From Trypanosoma brucei (taxonomy: Eukaryota), in NCBI GenBank assembly GCA_000002445.1, contig CP000066.1:192001-256000 (forward strand): a stretch of DNA of 64,000 bases, written 5' to 3'. The notes under the pieces are model-generated. The model saw nothing but the letters and a program-made list of their open reading frames with translations, searched no databases and had not been told where the DNA came from. This document shows positions 46,985 through 56,924 of the stretch, one piece after another. The stretch's first letter is position 1, and the number at the start of each line of letters is the position of its first letter. The position numbers and the translations under genes were made by a program.

Positions 46985-48097
46985 ATGTCGGCCATTAAAC
47001 GCTCCCTTAACGTTGGTGTAGTGGGCATGGGTAACATGGGAGTTCCCATTGCACGCAATCTTGGCTTCAAAGCACGCAGTGCCATGTATTTACAGATCCA
47101 TAGCAGGGCACTCAGTAAAGCGAAGCGAGTGTGCGACGATCTTTCGGTTGATGGGGCAACTTGTGCTATGCGCATCCACGACCGCTATTCCACGATGACA
47201 AAATGGTGTGACGTGATTGTGCTTGCCCTAGCTGATGTTAAGGCATCGCGACACGCACTACTAGAAGATAATGAGTCACTTATCATGAACGCGCGCAAAG
47301 GTCAAATCATTGTGGATCACACCACTGTGGATGCCGAAACCTCGCGTGAATGCGCGCACGAAGCGGCTCGCCGGGGTGCTTACTTTCTCGATGCACCAAT
47401 GAGTGGGAGCCCACGTGCTTGCTTCAATGGACAACTGCTGCTGATGGTTGGTGGTGACGCAGAGACCTTTCAGAAGATGCTGCCGATATTTCACATGTAC
47501 GCTGATAACGTGTTTCATATGGGCGAGAGTGGTAGCGGGACCGCGGCGAAGATGATATCGCAAGCCCTCGTGGCCTCGCACAACGCAGCAGCAGCCGAGG
47601 CTCTTTCAATGGCCCATGCCCTCGGCATCGAAGACCAAAGCAAACTTGTGCAGGTTCTTGATGCCTCATGGGGAAGCAGCACAATGCTGCGCCGAAACGC
47701 CCCACTATTGCAGGACCTCATACGTAACCCAGATAAAACCCCCCCTACGTCTGCCGTTAGTGTTGATCGGCTGTTGTCTGACCTCGCCCATTTGGATGCC
47801 TCGCTGCCTAAGCGCGGTGGGGAGGATGAACCGTTTCCGGTTTTCGATGCCGCGCTCCGCTCGCTGGCCGCTGCATCCGATGCAGGTATGGGTGACCGGG
47901 ACCTTGCTTCAGTTGTGCATTACATCGAGGCGGGAGAGGCGGAATTGCGAAACCGAACGCGTGTACCGTTGGGTGGTGAGCATTTGACAGGTCGAACTGC
48001 GGCGACTGAGGCCAACTCAAGCGTCAATGAAACCCCTTCGACCGTCAATGGTTCTTCTGAAGTCCCCAATGAATTTGGGGTGGAGGACTTTTACTAG
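46985..48097 (+). CDS. 3-hydroxyisobutyrate-dehydrogenase-family NAD(P)-dependent oxidoreductase (HIBADH or 2-hydroxy-3-oxopropionate reductase-like).
   Basis: The 370-aa ORF has the N-terminal Rossmann motif VGVVGMGNMGVPIARNLG and the family catalytic block LDAPMSGSPRACFNGQLLLMVGGD (DAPVSGG...G.L..MVGG). An unusual Ser/Thr-rich C-terminal tail is present. Substrate is not assignable. The printed ATG appears at 46984-46986, so track coordinates may be off by 1. Confidence 0.85.
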   Translation: MSAIKRSLNVGVVGMGNMGVPIARNLGFKARSAMYLQIHSRALSKAKRVCDDLSVDGATCAMRIHDRYSTMTKWCDVIVLALADVKASRHALLEDNESLIMNARKGQIIVDHTTVDAETSRECAHEAARRGAYFLDAPMSGSPRACFNGQLLLMVGGDAETFQKMLPIFHMYADNVFHMGESGSGTAAKMISQALVASHNAAAAEALSMAHALGIEDQSKLVQVLDASWGSSTMLRRNAPLLQDLIRNPDKTPPTSAVSVDRLLSDLAHLDASLPKRGGEDEPFPVFDAALRSLAAASDAGMGDRDLASVVHYIEAGEAELRNRTRVPLGGEHLTGRTAATEANSSVNETPSTVNGSSEVPNEFGVEDFY

Positions 48098-48543
48098 TAA
48101 TACCCACATCAGGGAGATGCAGTCTTTCTCACTTCCTTGGAGGGTACTAAAAGTTACGGTTGTTCACAGTTTTTCGTAGGTTGTTGTTTTTGTGTAACGT
48201 GCTGCCGCAGCGTGCTTTACCTGTTGAATTTTTTTAACACCGACTTGTGTGACCCCTCCCCCGTTCCCAATCTATTCACTGCTTTTCACTGGGTGCCCCA
48301 CTTCTCGAACTGCCCCCTTTTCTTCTTTTGACGGTATCACATTCTGGTGGTCTGAAGGCAGAAAGGTATATAAAAACTAATTGAAGGAAAAGAACAAAAC
48401 GAAGTGAAGAAGAACTTTAATAGTTGTAGTACCAGGTTAGGTTAGTATATAGGCTGCGACACAGTCGTTCTATAGAGGTTTATCTTCTTGAAGGTTCTTT
48501 CCTGTTCCGTCCAGCAGCTCACGCACCTAACAACCACTTACTG

Positions 48544-50646
48544 ATGAATAGCGAAGAAGGCCGGCACCACACCCTCTCCTCGTTCCTTGCGAGTACCCTC
48601 GAGTCACATGTTCGCTCCATACGACAGGAGGCGCTGACTGTTTGCATCAACCATGCACAGTGTGAGCTGTTGTCTCGTCGGCTTCAGCAGGTGTATAACA
48701 CTTTACGTAAGTTACCTAATGGGGCGCCCACACCTCAGCTACTAACGGTTTTTGCATCAGCTGACATGCTTGTGCAGCGCATGCGGCATGGTGGCTGGTT
48801 GCTCCTTTTGGAGCGGCACCTCACATGTCGGGCGCTGTTTGCGGCATTGTTTGAACGGATTCCGTGTGTGTGGCAGTTGCAGATGACAGATTCATGGCTT
48901 GGGGAGGATCTGTTGGCTGTGCGTGCGGATGAGCAAGTGGATGCACGTGTGTACCTTGAAAAGTTGGGTGGATGGGCGGATGTGGAATCAAGGATGGACA
49001 GGGCACGTGGATCTTTCGATTCCTCGTCGGGTGAGGAAAGTGATACAGGGGAGACTAGAGGAGGTGCCCCTCCCGACGCCTTGACAGAGCAAGATGTTAT
49101 CGATATGTTTCGGAGGCAAACGCTTAGCAGGTGGCGAGTACCACTGGAGGACCTCACACCCCCTGGGGAGGATGTGCCGCCGCCGCCTTATGCCGATTCG
49201 GAGCTTCATGTGTTTTCTCTCTATAATGGGTATCGCTATGGAAAAACACCAGTTTTGCTTTACCAGTTGGAACAGACGGCGAAACGCACCATTCCACCGA
49301 CAACAGTGACGAACTTCGTGCAGGACATGGTTGCACGAGCACGCTGGTGCCATCCGAATCTTGTCCCCTTCACCGGTGCCTTCACGGAAAAGGTGCCATT
49401 TTTGTGCCAACCGGACGATGACAACGACTGTGATCCAGATGTTGATACTAGCAGCCAGTTCAGTGGCGAAAACAGTAGTCGATCTCAGTCAGCCAATGGT
49501 TGTGGTGCTACTGAGGAAGACGTGACTGCAGCCGATGATGGTGGTGTTGACCCTTCCTCAGCCCCTGTTTTGGACCTCGGATACATGATAGAGGACATGA
49601 AATATCTTAAGGCTGAGTTATTGAATGAGGAAAGCCCCTACCTAACCTCGTACGTTGTCCGAGAAGTGGACAACTATATTGGCAACGAAACGTTTAAAAC
49701 TCTTCACGAAGTTCTTTTCGTGGAGCGGAGGCCCTTTACGGTCAGGGAAGCCATTGCTATTACACTGCAGGTTGCCGATGCTCTTCAATATATACTGATG
49801 GAAGAGGGGAATATGCCTGAAGAAGTACTTGATGCATGGACAGTGGTGTCACCCTCAAATATTTATGTGTGCCCCATAACGGTGCCAAGAAGAAGCCAAC
49901 ATGAATGTTGCCACGAACCCGGAGAATTTGGGGGGAGCGCATGGCCAACATGTGACGACGGCTACGGAGATATTCAAGAGGAATATGACCACGACATGGT
50001 AGCACCACCATTTTGTGGTAGTAGTGTGCAGCAACGCCGTTGCGTTGAGCTCTTTGCTCCTGGTGGCTGGGCGGCGATGTATAACCCTCCGGTGTATGTG
50101 GACGGAGGGCCATATAGCAGGTGGCGACCTCACCCACATGCAAGCTGTCGCCCAACTTACGCGATGGCACAACTTTTGTTAGCTTTAGTGAATAATGAAC
50201 CACCTTATCGCTTGCTCACAAAGCAGGAAGAACTTGCGAGGCATGTCTTCGAGGCAGATAACATGAATGACGACGACAACGTCTCGGTTTCGGTTAGAGT
50301 AAGCATACCGGTTGGTAGCATTGTGCCACGGAGGTTGCCCGTCGCCTTGAGGAAACTTTGCAGCCATGCAATGCATTTGCGGGACCCCCACCGACGTGGA
50401 GAGGCTTGGGATGGATTGTCACTCTCCGACTTCAGGAATCAGTTATGGGAATCATATATTAGTCTCTCTAATTCAATGGATACCGCTGGCATGCTTCCAG
50501 GCATGGACGATGATGCTCAAGCGACCGTAGTTCCAGTTGGCGAGCGCGTGGAAATGGGTTTCAGTAGGGAATCTTCGGTAACACGGGAGAGAGCTCCGGG
50601 CCCCACTCTGGATGATTACGGTGAGTTCCCTAGTAGGGAGTCATAA
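48544..50646 (+). CDS. Hypothetical 700-aa protein with a degenerate protein-kinase-like (pseudokinase?) segment.
   Basis: ORF with an ATG start. The region HEVLFVERRPFTVREAIAITLQVADALQYILMEEG...VVSPSNIYVCP resembles kinase subdomains VIa/VIb but lacks the HRD and DFG catalytic motifs. Asp/Glu-rich inserts are present. Confidence 0.5.
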   Translation: MNSEEGRHHTLSSFLASTLESHVRSIRQEALTVCINHAQCELLSRRLQQVYNTLRKLPNGAPTPQLLTVFASADMLVQRMRHGGWLLLLERHLTCRALFAALFERIPCVWQLQMTDSWLGEDLLAVRADEQVDARVYLEKLGGWADVESRMDRARGSFDSSSGEESDTGETRGGAPPDALTEQDVIDMFRRQTLSRWRVPLEDLTPPGEDVPPPPYADSELHVFSLYNGYRYGKTPVLLYQLEQTAKRTIPPTTVTNFVQDMVARARWCHPNLVPFTGAFTEKVPFLCQPDDDNDCDPDVDTSSQFSGENSSRSQSANGCGATEEDVTAADDGGVDPSSAPVLDLGYMIEDMKYLKAELLNEESPYLTSYVVREVDNYIGNETFKTLHEVLFVERRPFTVREAIAITLQVADALQYILMEEGNMPEEVLDAWTVVSPSNIYVCPITVPRRSQHECCHEPGEFGGSAWPTCDDGYGDIQEEYDHDMVAPPFCGSSVQQRRCVELFAPGGWAAMYNPPVYVDGGPYSRWRPHPHASCRPTYAMAQLLLALVNNEPPYRLLTKQEELARHVFEADNMNDDDNVSVSVRVSIPVGSIVPRRLPVALRKLCSHAMHLRDPHRRGEAWDGLSLSDFRNQLWESYISLSNSMDTAGMLPGMDDDAQATVVPVGERVEMGFSRESSVTRERAPGPTLDDYGEFPSRES

Positions 50647-50691
50647 TGATTTTGTTGCCACCAAGGTTGGTGTACATAAACGTATATACAT

Positions 50692-50711
50692 TATATATAT
50701 ATATATATATA
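50692..50711. repeat. (TA)10 microsatellite just after the stop codon of the kinase-like gene.
   Basis: Read directly from the sequence. Confidence 0.9.
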
Positions 50712-51246
50712 ACAAAACGGAAAGGAAAGGAATGTTGAATCTCCTGTAGCTCAGGGGAATGGAGAGAGAGTAAAATTCAAAAAAAAAGTACTAATAGAGA
50801 AAGACGCGAGTTCCCACCACGTGAGAAAAGGGGGCATTTTTGTTTTCTTGCTCTTCACCTCCTTTACTTTTCCCACAGATGCTCGTTCTTTTTATTTGTG
50901 CCATTATAATTGCATCTGCTGAGTTACCGGCTCATTGCTCTTTCATGTTCCTTCTTTTCCTTTAGTGGCACACCACGCACTTGATTTGCTATCGGATACG
51001 CATGCTTATTTTGTTTTGCTACTTCCCCCTCCCATCCCACTCCGAGAAGCGCGTGTTCATTTCTTTTTTTTTTTTGAGACTTACTTCACTATTTACCTTT
51101 TCGCAGGGACTATTTCTTTGTTATTCCCTTCTTAATTTAATCATTAACTTCTTGCTTCTTTTTCTTTTTTTTCCTTTCATGTGTTCCTTGCGTTTCCTTT
51201 TTGTAGTTTTGTATGCTTTTTTGAAGGGTCAGGAAGGAGGGGGGAA

Positions 51247-52818
51247 ATGGATCGATCACCTTCGCAACGGACAACGACGGACCGACCGGATCGTATTTCC
51301 TCTTCAAGCGATTCATCAGCTTTTGGTAGTGATGTTGATGAAATAATAAATAGATTTTCCGACCATAGTAGAGAATATATGGGCGATGCCTTCACAAAAT
51401 ATGCAACTGGATCAAATAGTTGCATTTCCCCGAGGACGGCAGGAGGGGACTCAAATTATGGAAGTCCCCCTCCGAACAGTAAAGCACCCGCCATGCCTTC
51501 GTATCGTACAGAAACTGCGGTGATACCTCCAAGCACGCCAAGGGTCAAGGGGGCATGTCATGACAATGATGTAAAGGAGGTTGAACCACCGACAGCAACC
51601 CAACAACTTCAGAAAGTGCGTCAAATGTTTCGTCGTCTCGATTCTCATAACGATGGTATGGAGGAGGCCCTTATTGGTTTGCGCTCACGTATAGATACAT
51701 TTCGGTCACTTTTGGCAACGTGCCTTAACGGGACTGTGAAGGAGCTGCGCGGTGAGTTGCGCATTCTTCGGGAGTCAACGCAGTTCCTTGTGCAAGATTT
51801 TGCCGGGGATTTGGAACAGTGCAGGAGGATTATAATGAGGCGCCTTCAAGGGGAGGCAAATAGACGTGGGTATGATCCTCCAGCTACGAGATCGTTCAAA
51901 AAGGATTATTCCATGGAAGGCGGCTTATCAAAGCGCGAGTCGTCATGGGAACTGCAGCAGCAGTGCGGTGCTGGGAGAGGCGAACAATCCGTTTTTCCCG
52001 GATGGAGGGAGTTAGAGGTTCGAGAAGACTTGTTGGAGGCTCAGCAGCGATGCACTGCTCTGGAGAAGAAGTTGAAGCAGCAGCGTGAGGCTCATGAAAA
52101 TCATTTGAGTGCCATGAAGGATATGTATGAGTCGAAGGAGTACACATTAAAACGGCGAGTGGAACTACTGGAACGACTTGTAGAACGTGATAGCGAAAAG
52201 CTTCGTTATATTCTCAGCGATGATAGTAAAGATGGCCATGGGAAATGGGGGAAGAGGGGCCATTTTAAGGAGGAACAGGACAACTATTATAGCAGTGGGG
52301 ATGATGACTGTGATGAAGTTCGGGAGTCCAGCAGGTTGCACACAAGAAGTAAACAATCGCTCAAAGCTCCAGCTCAAAAGTTGTTGAAAAAGCGCCGTGG
52401 TGGATTAGTAAAGGAACACGAGTCGCACCAAAGTCAGCACCCTCGTCAGGGGCCATCGGATTCGTGGACACCGATGCTTTACGATGACGTGGAGCGCCGA
52501 GTTCGTGCGCAGCTTTTGTATGGTCGACAAAACTCACCCAATCGCCCCAAAGGAGGGGGAAGCGGCCGTGACGTCGGAGGTCCTCAAAAGGGTGGGGAAT
52601 GCAGAAACCGTTTGGAGGAGCGCAGGCTGGAAAATGTGGCGCGGCGTCTTCTCAATGCGGTGGGTGAAGCAAAAGCAAAACAGAAGTGGCCTCAAGCTGA
52701 TGATGAGGCGGACCACCGGCGTGTGGGCCCATGGCGCACTTCAAACGATGTGTCAACGGTGGCGCGTGGTTTGTGGGCTGAAAATGTACTGCAAAAGAGG
52801 GCGGCGCGTCAACTTTGA
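51247..52818 (+). CDS. Hypothetical coiled-coil protein of about 523 aa.
   Basis: Track ORF 51181..52818 starts with GTG. The first ATG is residue 23, at 51247 (MDRSPSQRTT...). The central region has heptad-like E/K/L/R-rich segments (LLEAQQRCTALEKKLKQQREAHENHL...). The C-terminal region is basic. Confidence 0.5.
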   Translation: MDRSPSQRTTTDRPDRISSSSDSSAFGSDVDEIINRFSDHSREYMGDAFTKYATGSNSCISPRTAGGDSNYGSPPPNSKAPAMPSYRTETAVIPPSTPRVKGACHDNDVKEVEPPTATQQLQKVRQMFRRLDSHNDGMEEALIGLRSRIDTFRSLLATCLNGTVKELRGELRILRESTQFLVQDFAGDLEQCRRIIMRRLQGEANRRGYDPPATRSFKKDYSMEGGLSKRESSWELQQQCGAGRGEQSVFPGWRELEVREDLLEAQQRCTALEKKLKQQREAHENHLSAMKDMYESKEYTLKRRVELLERLVERDSEKLRYILSDDSKDGHGKWGKRGHFKEEQDNYYSSGDDDCDEVRESSRLHTRSKQSLKAPAQKLLKKRRGGLVKEHESHQSQHPRQGPSDSWTPMLYDDVERRVRAQLLYGRQNSPNRPKGGGSGRDVGGPQKGGECRNRLEERRLENVARRLLNAVGEAKAKQKWPQADDEADHRRVGPWRTSNDVSTVARGLWAENVLQKRAARQL

Positions 52819-53174
52819 GGGGCGACAAAAATGGATGCGGTTTGCGGGTGAAGTTAACCATTGTGGGATGTAACGGATTTGATACATCCATAGAGGGATC
52901 GTAAATGTGCATTTTCGTAGGTGAGCGCAAAGGAATGCGTGTTTTGTGAATTTGAGATGACTAGTCTAATATTTATCGTCATGCTTCGTGTGCACTGAGC
53001 CGGTACAGTGCACACTTCAAAGGAACTAGATTTAATGATCAACCATTAGAATAAGAGTTGCAGTTGGTGCACAAAAAAAAAAAAAGAGTTCCCTACTCAA
53101 TGGGAAACAGGTATTAAGTACTCATAAATGAACTAGGGGGATCAGTGCGTCCACTGGTCAGTGCTGCAATACAC

Positions 53175-53198
53175 ATATATATATATAGAGAGAGAGAA
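53175..53198. repeat. Compound (AT)n(GA)n microsatellite.
   Basis: Read directly from the sequence: atatatatatatata gagagagagag. Confidence 0.9.
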
Positions 53199-53605
53199 AA
53201 AACACTTTTCTTTGGGTTGGGTAACGTATACGTGCATTACTCTCTTTTTTTTTTATTGCCTCATTTCTATACTTATCACTTTTGGTCTATTATATTTATT
53301 TTGCGTCTCTGTCGTTAATTTCACATGTGTTGACCTGCCAAGCCCTAGAGATGGGTATGAGTGTCTTCTCGGGCCTCATGGCGACGTCCCACTATGCTAC
53401 CCAATCGCTTCTCACTCCTTTTTGTTGCCTCCTCCTTTTTTTTCATATTGTTTACATATACGTGCAAAAAAAAAAAAAAAGAGAAAAAAAGCGAGCATTG
53501 ACACGGACAGTGTGGTGATAGTGGGTGTAATCATAAACTGGTGTGTGTTTGTTCACACCAGCATCTGTACATCAGCAACTGAGTGGAGCTTTTTTGTAAC
53601 AGCGG

Positions 53606-54148
53606 ATGCGGCGCACATGTTGCGCCACCACCAGTGCAGTGCTACGGTCGTTAGTTTACCTCCGTCCTCATGGACGCGCAAAACCAACCACATCAGGAAG
53701 TGGAAGGAAAGAAAGACAATTTAGCACCACGACAGCGAGATGCGAGTCCAAAGGGTGGCACCCCGCGAAGTTAGGAATGGATGGATTCACCGACGTCGCT
53801 TACAACACCGCAGCTGACACTTTTCTTGAGCGAGTTGAGAGCGCTCTGGAGACAATTGGCGACACGGACACGTTGGAGGATGTGAACCTCGCCGGTGGAG
53901 TGCTTGTGATCGAAACGACATCGAGGGGGACATTTGTACTTAATAAACAGGCACCCAATGTTCAGTTATGGCTTTCTTCGCCGCTATCGGGCCCGCATCA
54001 TTACGACATGACAACATCTGCCACCGGCAGTGTGGAATGGCGCGCAGATGCTGACGGGCATTCATTGGAAGAGAGACTTGAAAAGGAACTCAGTGACGTG
54101 GTGGGAACTGAAGTGAGTTTGAGTTCAGGGGCTGGAGAAACCGAATAG
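53606..54148 (+). CDS. FXN: Frataxin, a mitochondrial iron-sulfur cluster assembly protein.
   Basis: The 180-aa ORF with an ATG start has a basic N-terminal presequence, MRRTCCATTSAVLRSLVYLRPHG. The C-terminal domain matches the frataxin core: GGVLVIETTSRGTFVLNKQAPNVQLWLSSPLSGPHHYD matches [40 protein letters not shown], followed by a W-containing C-terminus. Confidence 0.9.
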   Translation: MRRTCCATTSAVLRSLVYLRPHGRAKPTTSGSGRKERQFSTTTARCESKGWHPAKLGMDGFTDVAYNTAADTFLERVESALETIGDTDTLEDVNLAGGVLVIETTSRGTFVLNKQAPNVQLWLSSPLSGPHHYDMTTSATGSVEWRADADGHSLEERLEKELSDVVGTEVSLSSGAGETE

Positions 54149-54908
54149 TGTTGAACCGTTTGCGTGTGCATACGCGTGTATTGGGGCGTATGGCTGACCT
54201 GAGCGTCGGGAGCAACCCAACGTAACGTGTGGACGCGTGGGTTCGTTTTAAAGATGGGTGTCGTTCCCTCACGTACCGGGGCGAATGTGTGACAAGGGGA
54301 AAGGGAGAAAAAGTGATGTTGAACATTACATTTTGAGTGTTCGTTGATATGAGAGCGGATAGCGTGGCGTGGCGTGAATGGGTGGATGAACTGAACATCC
54401 ATGTGTGAACAGTCGCCTCGGGAGAATGACGAGGAAAATTGTTGTTGAATTCAAGACATAGTCCTGCGACAGCTTTGGTATCTGTTGAGTGTGTGTGAAG
54501 GTGGTTTCAATTCATTTGCGTGAGCATGTATCGCGTCCTTGTTGTAGTTAATGTGTGATTGTTTGTTTAATGGGAACGACAAGAAGAGGAAAAGGTGTCG
54601 TGACAATTAACTCCCATGCACCGCATGGTTGCAGCGGGGCGCCATTGTTTCCTTTCATGATTCTAACAAACCAACTTGAGCATCTTTTCTCACATTTCGC
54701 CTAATTGGTACCGAAGGGAAATAAAAAGTATATATACTTGTGATTAATATCGCCATTGATACTTAGGAAAGAAAAAAAAAAGGAAGGACGTACTGAGCAC
54801 GGTAGTAGCAAGTAGGAGGAAAACAAAGGAATACGGGGAGGAAAGGATAGAGTAAAGACGGAAATACAATAAAATCCAGTACAACAACTCTTTCGTGACT
54901 GCAAGAAT

Positions 54909-56711
54909 ATGTTGGTCGAGGAACAGACTGGTAGTGTGGTGGATACGGTCGATAGGACTAACCCACCAGCGGAGGAACCAACCCCGCAGGAGGCTCTGCA
55001 GGAACAACGCAGTGCAAACGCACTTCAATCCGACGGAGATGAGCCTGAAGCGGAAGCGGAGGCGCCTGTACAGCACCAACGAAGCGATTCCGACGAAATT
55101 CAAAACAGAAACGGGGTGGAGAGTGAGGAGGCGGAGGCAAGAGGACATGATGACTCCGCTGCCGTTACATTGTATCAAAAGATTATTGAGGGTGGCGAGT
55201 GGTCAGAGCTTCTTTCCGTCTCCTACGATGCTGTCCAGAAAACGCTCCATAGGGAGGCGGTGGAAGCAACAAATCTGCCGGATACTTGCATCCGCGTATC
55301 CAGCTTGCGCGCAGACGGCAATAAACTTTTTGTGCAGTTAGTGCTGTCGCTGGAAGAGAACGCCACACCGGATAAGGTGCAGAGTATTCTGGATGACCAC
55401 CCTTTTGACGAGACAAGGGCTCTCAGAGCGCGTCATGAGAACGGACCAGGTGAAGAAGACGAGGTTGCGGCTGCAGCCCGTGACGAGTGCGATGTTGGAG
55501 ATATAAATGGAAATACATCAAAGAAAGAAAAGAAATCTGCAAAGAAGAAGGTTAAGAAGTTACCGAAGGCCGTGGCTTCTCTAGTCACGGATGAGGCTTC
55601 GGAACAGGCAGCAGCTGCGCCCCAGAACAGGAGGAGGACGAACTACAAGGAGGCACCAACACCTTATTATAAGGCAATCTCAGGAGCTGCCGCAAGAGCT
55701 GCGAAAGACTCGAGGTCGACGTCGAAGACTCGGAGGACGCGAGGTGCCGCCGATGTAAATGAAAACCCCACTTCAAGTGCCACGCCTCGAAACATGACGG
55801 TTCCGCCTCTGTCGCGGTCTGCCATCGCACACTCCGTTAGTGCAACACGCGCCCTGAGCCTCGGGGACCGAATTTCCGCGGGTCGCGGGCCTCGTACTCC
55901 CCGGACGGGTCGCGCGCCGTCCATCCATACTCCTCGAGTCGGTACTAATAACCTGATCCACCGATCTACAGTACAACGCCGGTGCTTTGGATCAGCAGTG
56001 GTGCCCACCATTCCAACTGGGCCAATTGCTGCGCGACCCAGTACTGCGTCAGGAACCGCCGTGCCATTGGCGGCCGGGAGAGCCGAAAACAAAGAGGCCC
56101 CAATGCGCGCGGGGCGTAGGCGTAACCGCCGCAGTGTTCCTCCTCAACACGTTGTGTTCGTCGAAATGTCATATCGCAAGCGCACTGAGTTGCAAGCAAT
56201 GAATGCGGCGGCTGTCGTTACTGATGAAGAGATTAATGAGGAGAGCATTGTTCCGGCTGACGCAGCGGGGCGAATGGCAAGTGGGTCAACTTCTCCTTCG
56301 CGGAGACCGTTCAATAAAGGGGGTTCGGTTGAGTCCGCTGCGACGCGGCCGTCTGGAAGGGGAGCTGCTCTCACGCAAGATGCCGTTGATGCTGAAGGAA
56401 GTGCCGCTGACTCAAACGCCAGGCGTCTAACAGGACGAAATGTGACCGATACTAAAGGGGAACTCCCGACAGAAGTAAAGGAGGATGCTGAACCTGACAA
56501 CCGACGGCGAGTGGGGGATGAAGCTTCTGCGCCCGTGGAAAGGGATTCCGAGCAGGAGCCCGAGCCCAGAGCCGACAGCGCCGTCGCACCACCAACTGTT
56601 GACGGATCCAATAGGGCCTCTCCGCACGCGAGTGTGAACCGTAGCGAAACAGTGGAAGAAAAGGAAGAAGTGAGGGAGGAACAAGCTTCAGAGAAGGAAT
56701 CGACTGCTTAA
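54909..56711 (+). CDS. Hypothetical 600-aa low-complexity (Ala/Arg/Ser/Glu-rich) protein.
   Basis: Long ORF with an ATG start. No recognisable domain. The high-GC codon composition also produces long antisense ORFs. Confidence 0.45.
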   Translation: MLVEEQTGSVVDTVDRTNPPAEEPTPQEALQEQRSANALQSDGDEPEAEAEAPVQHQRSDSDEIQNRNGVESEEAEARGHDDSAAVTLYQKIIEGGEWSELLSVSYDAVQKTLHREAVEATNLPDTCIRVSSLRADGNKLFVQLVLSLEENATPDKVQSILDDHPFDETRALRARHENGPGEEDEVAAAARDECDVGDINGNTSKKEKKSAKKKVKKLPKAVASLVTDEASEQAAAAPQNRRRTNYKEAPTPYYKAISGAAARAAKDSRSTSKTRRTRGAADVNENPTSSATPRNMTVPPLSRSAIAHSVSATRALSLGDRISAGRGPRTPRTGRAPSIHTPRVGTNNLIHRSTVQRRCFGSAVVPTIPTGPIAARPSTASGTAVPLAAGRAENKEAPMRAGRRRNRRSVPPQHVVFVEMSYRKRTELQAMNAAAVVTDEEINEESIVPADAAGRMASGSTSPSRRPFNKGGSVESAATRPSGRGAALTQDAVDAEGSAADSNARRLTGRNVTDTKGELPTEVKEDAEPDNRRRVGDEASAPVERDSEQEPEPRADSAVAPPTVDGSNRASPHASVNRSETVEEKEEVREEQASEKESTA

Positions 56712-56906
56712 AATGGTTCTGTGAAAATTGCCTGAGCGACTTCGCGGGTGTTGCCGGTGCCCGTGACGAAAAGAGGGGCATCAGGAGTCGAAGTCGACGG
56801 TAGCATTGACATGCTGGAGATCCGAAGCGAATGTGAGTTATGATACGAAAAGGGAATTAAAAGGCTCACAAAGGGGGAAAAAATATTTATATATCTATAT
56901 CTATAC

Positions 56907-56924
56907 ATATATATATATATATAT
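56907..56924. repeat. (AT)9 microsatellite within a broader AT-rich block (about 56884–56940).
   Basis: Read directly from the sequence. Confidence 0.9.

Noticed and set aside
9449-54148. Functional operon-like clustering of ACP, the LYR-like ORF and frataxin.
   Set aside because: Kinetoplastid polycistrons are not functional operons. The three genes are separated by tens of kb and a strand switch. This is more likely coincidence than a system.
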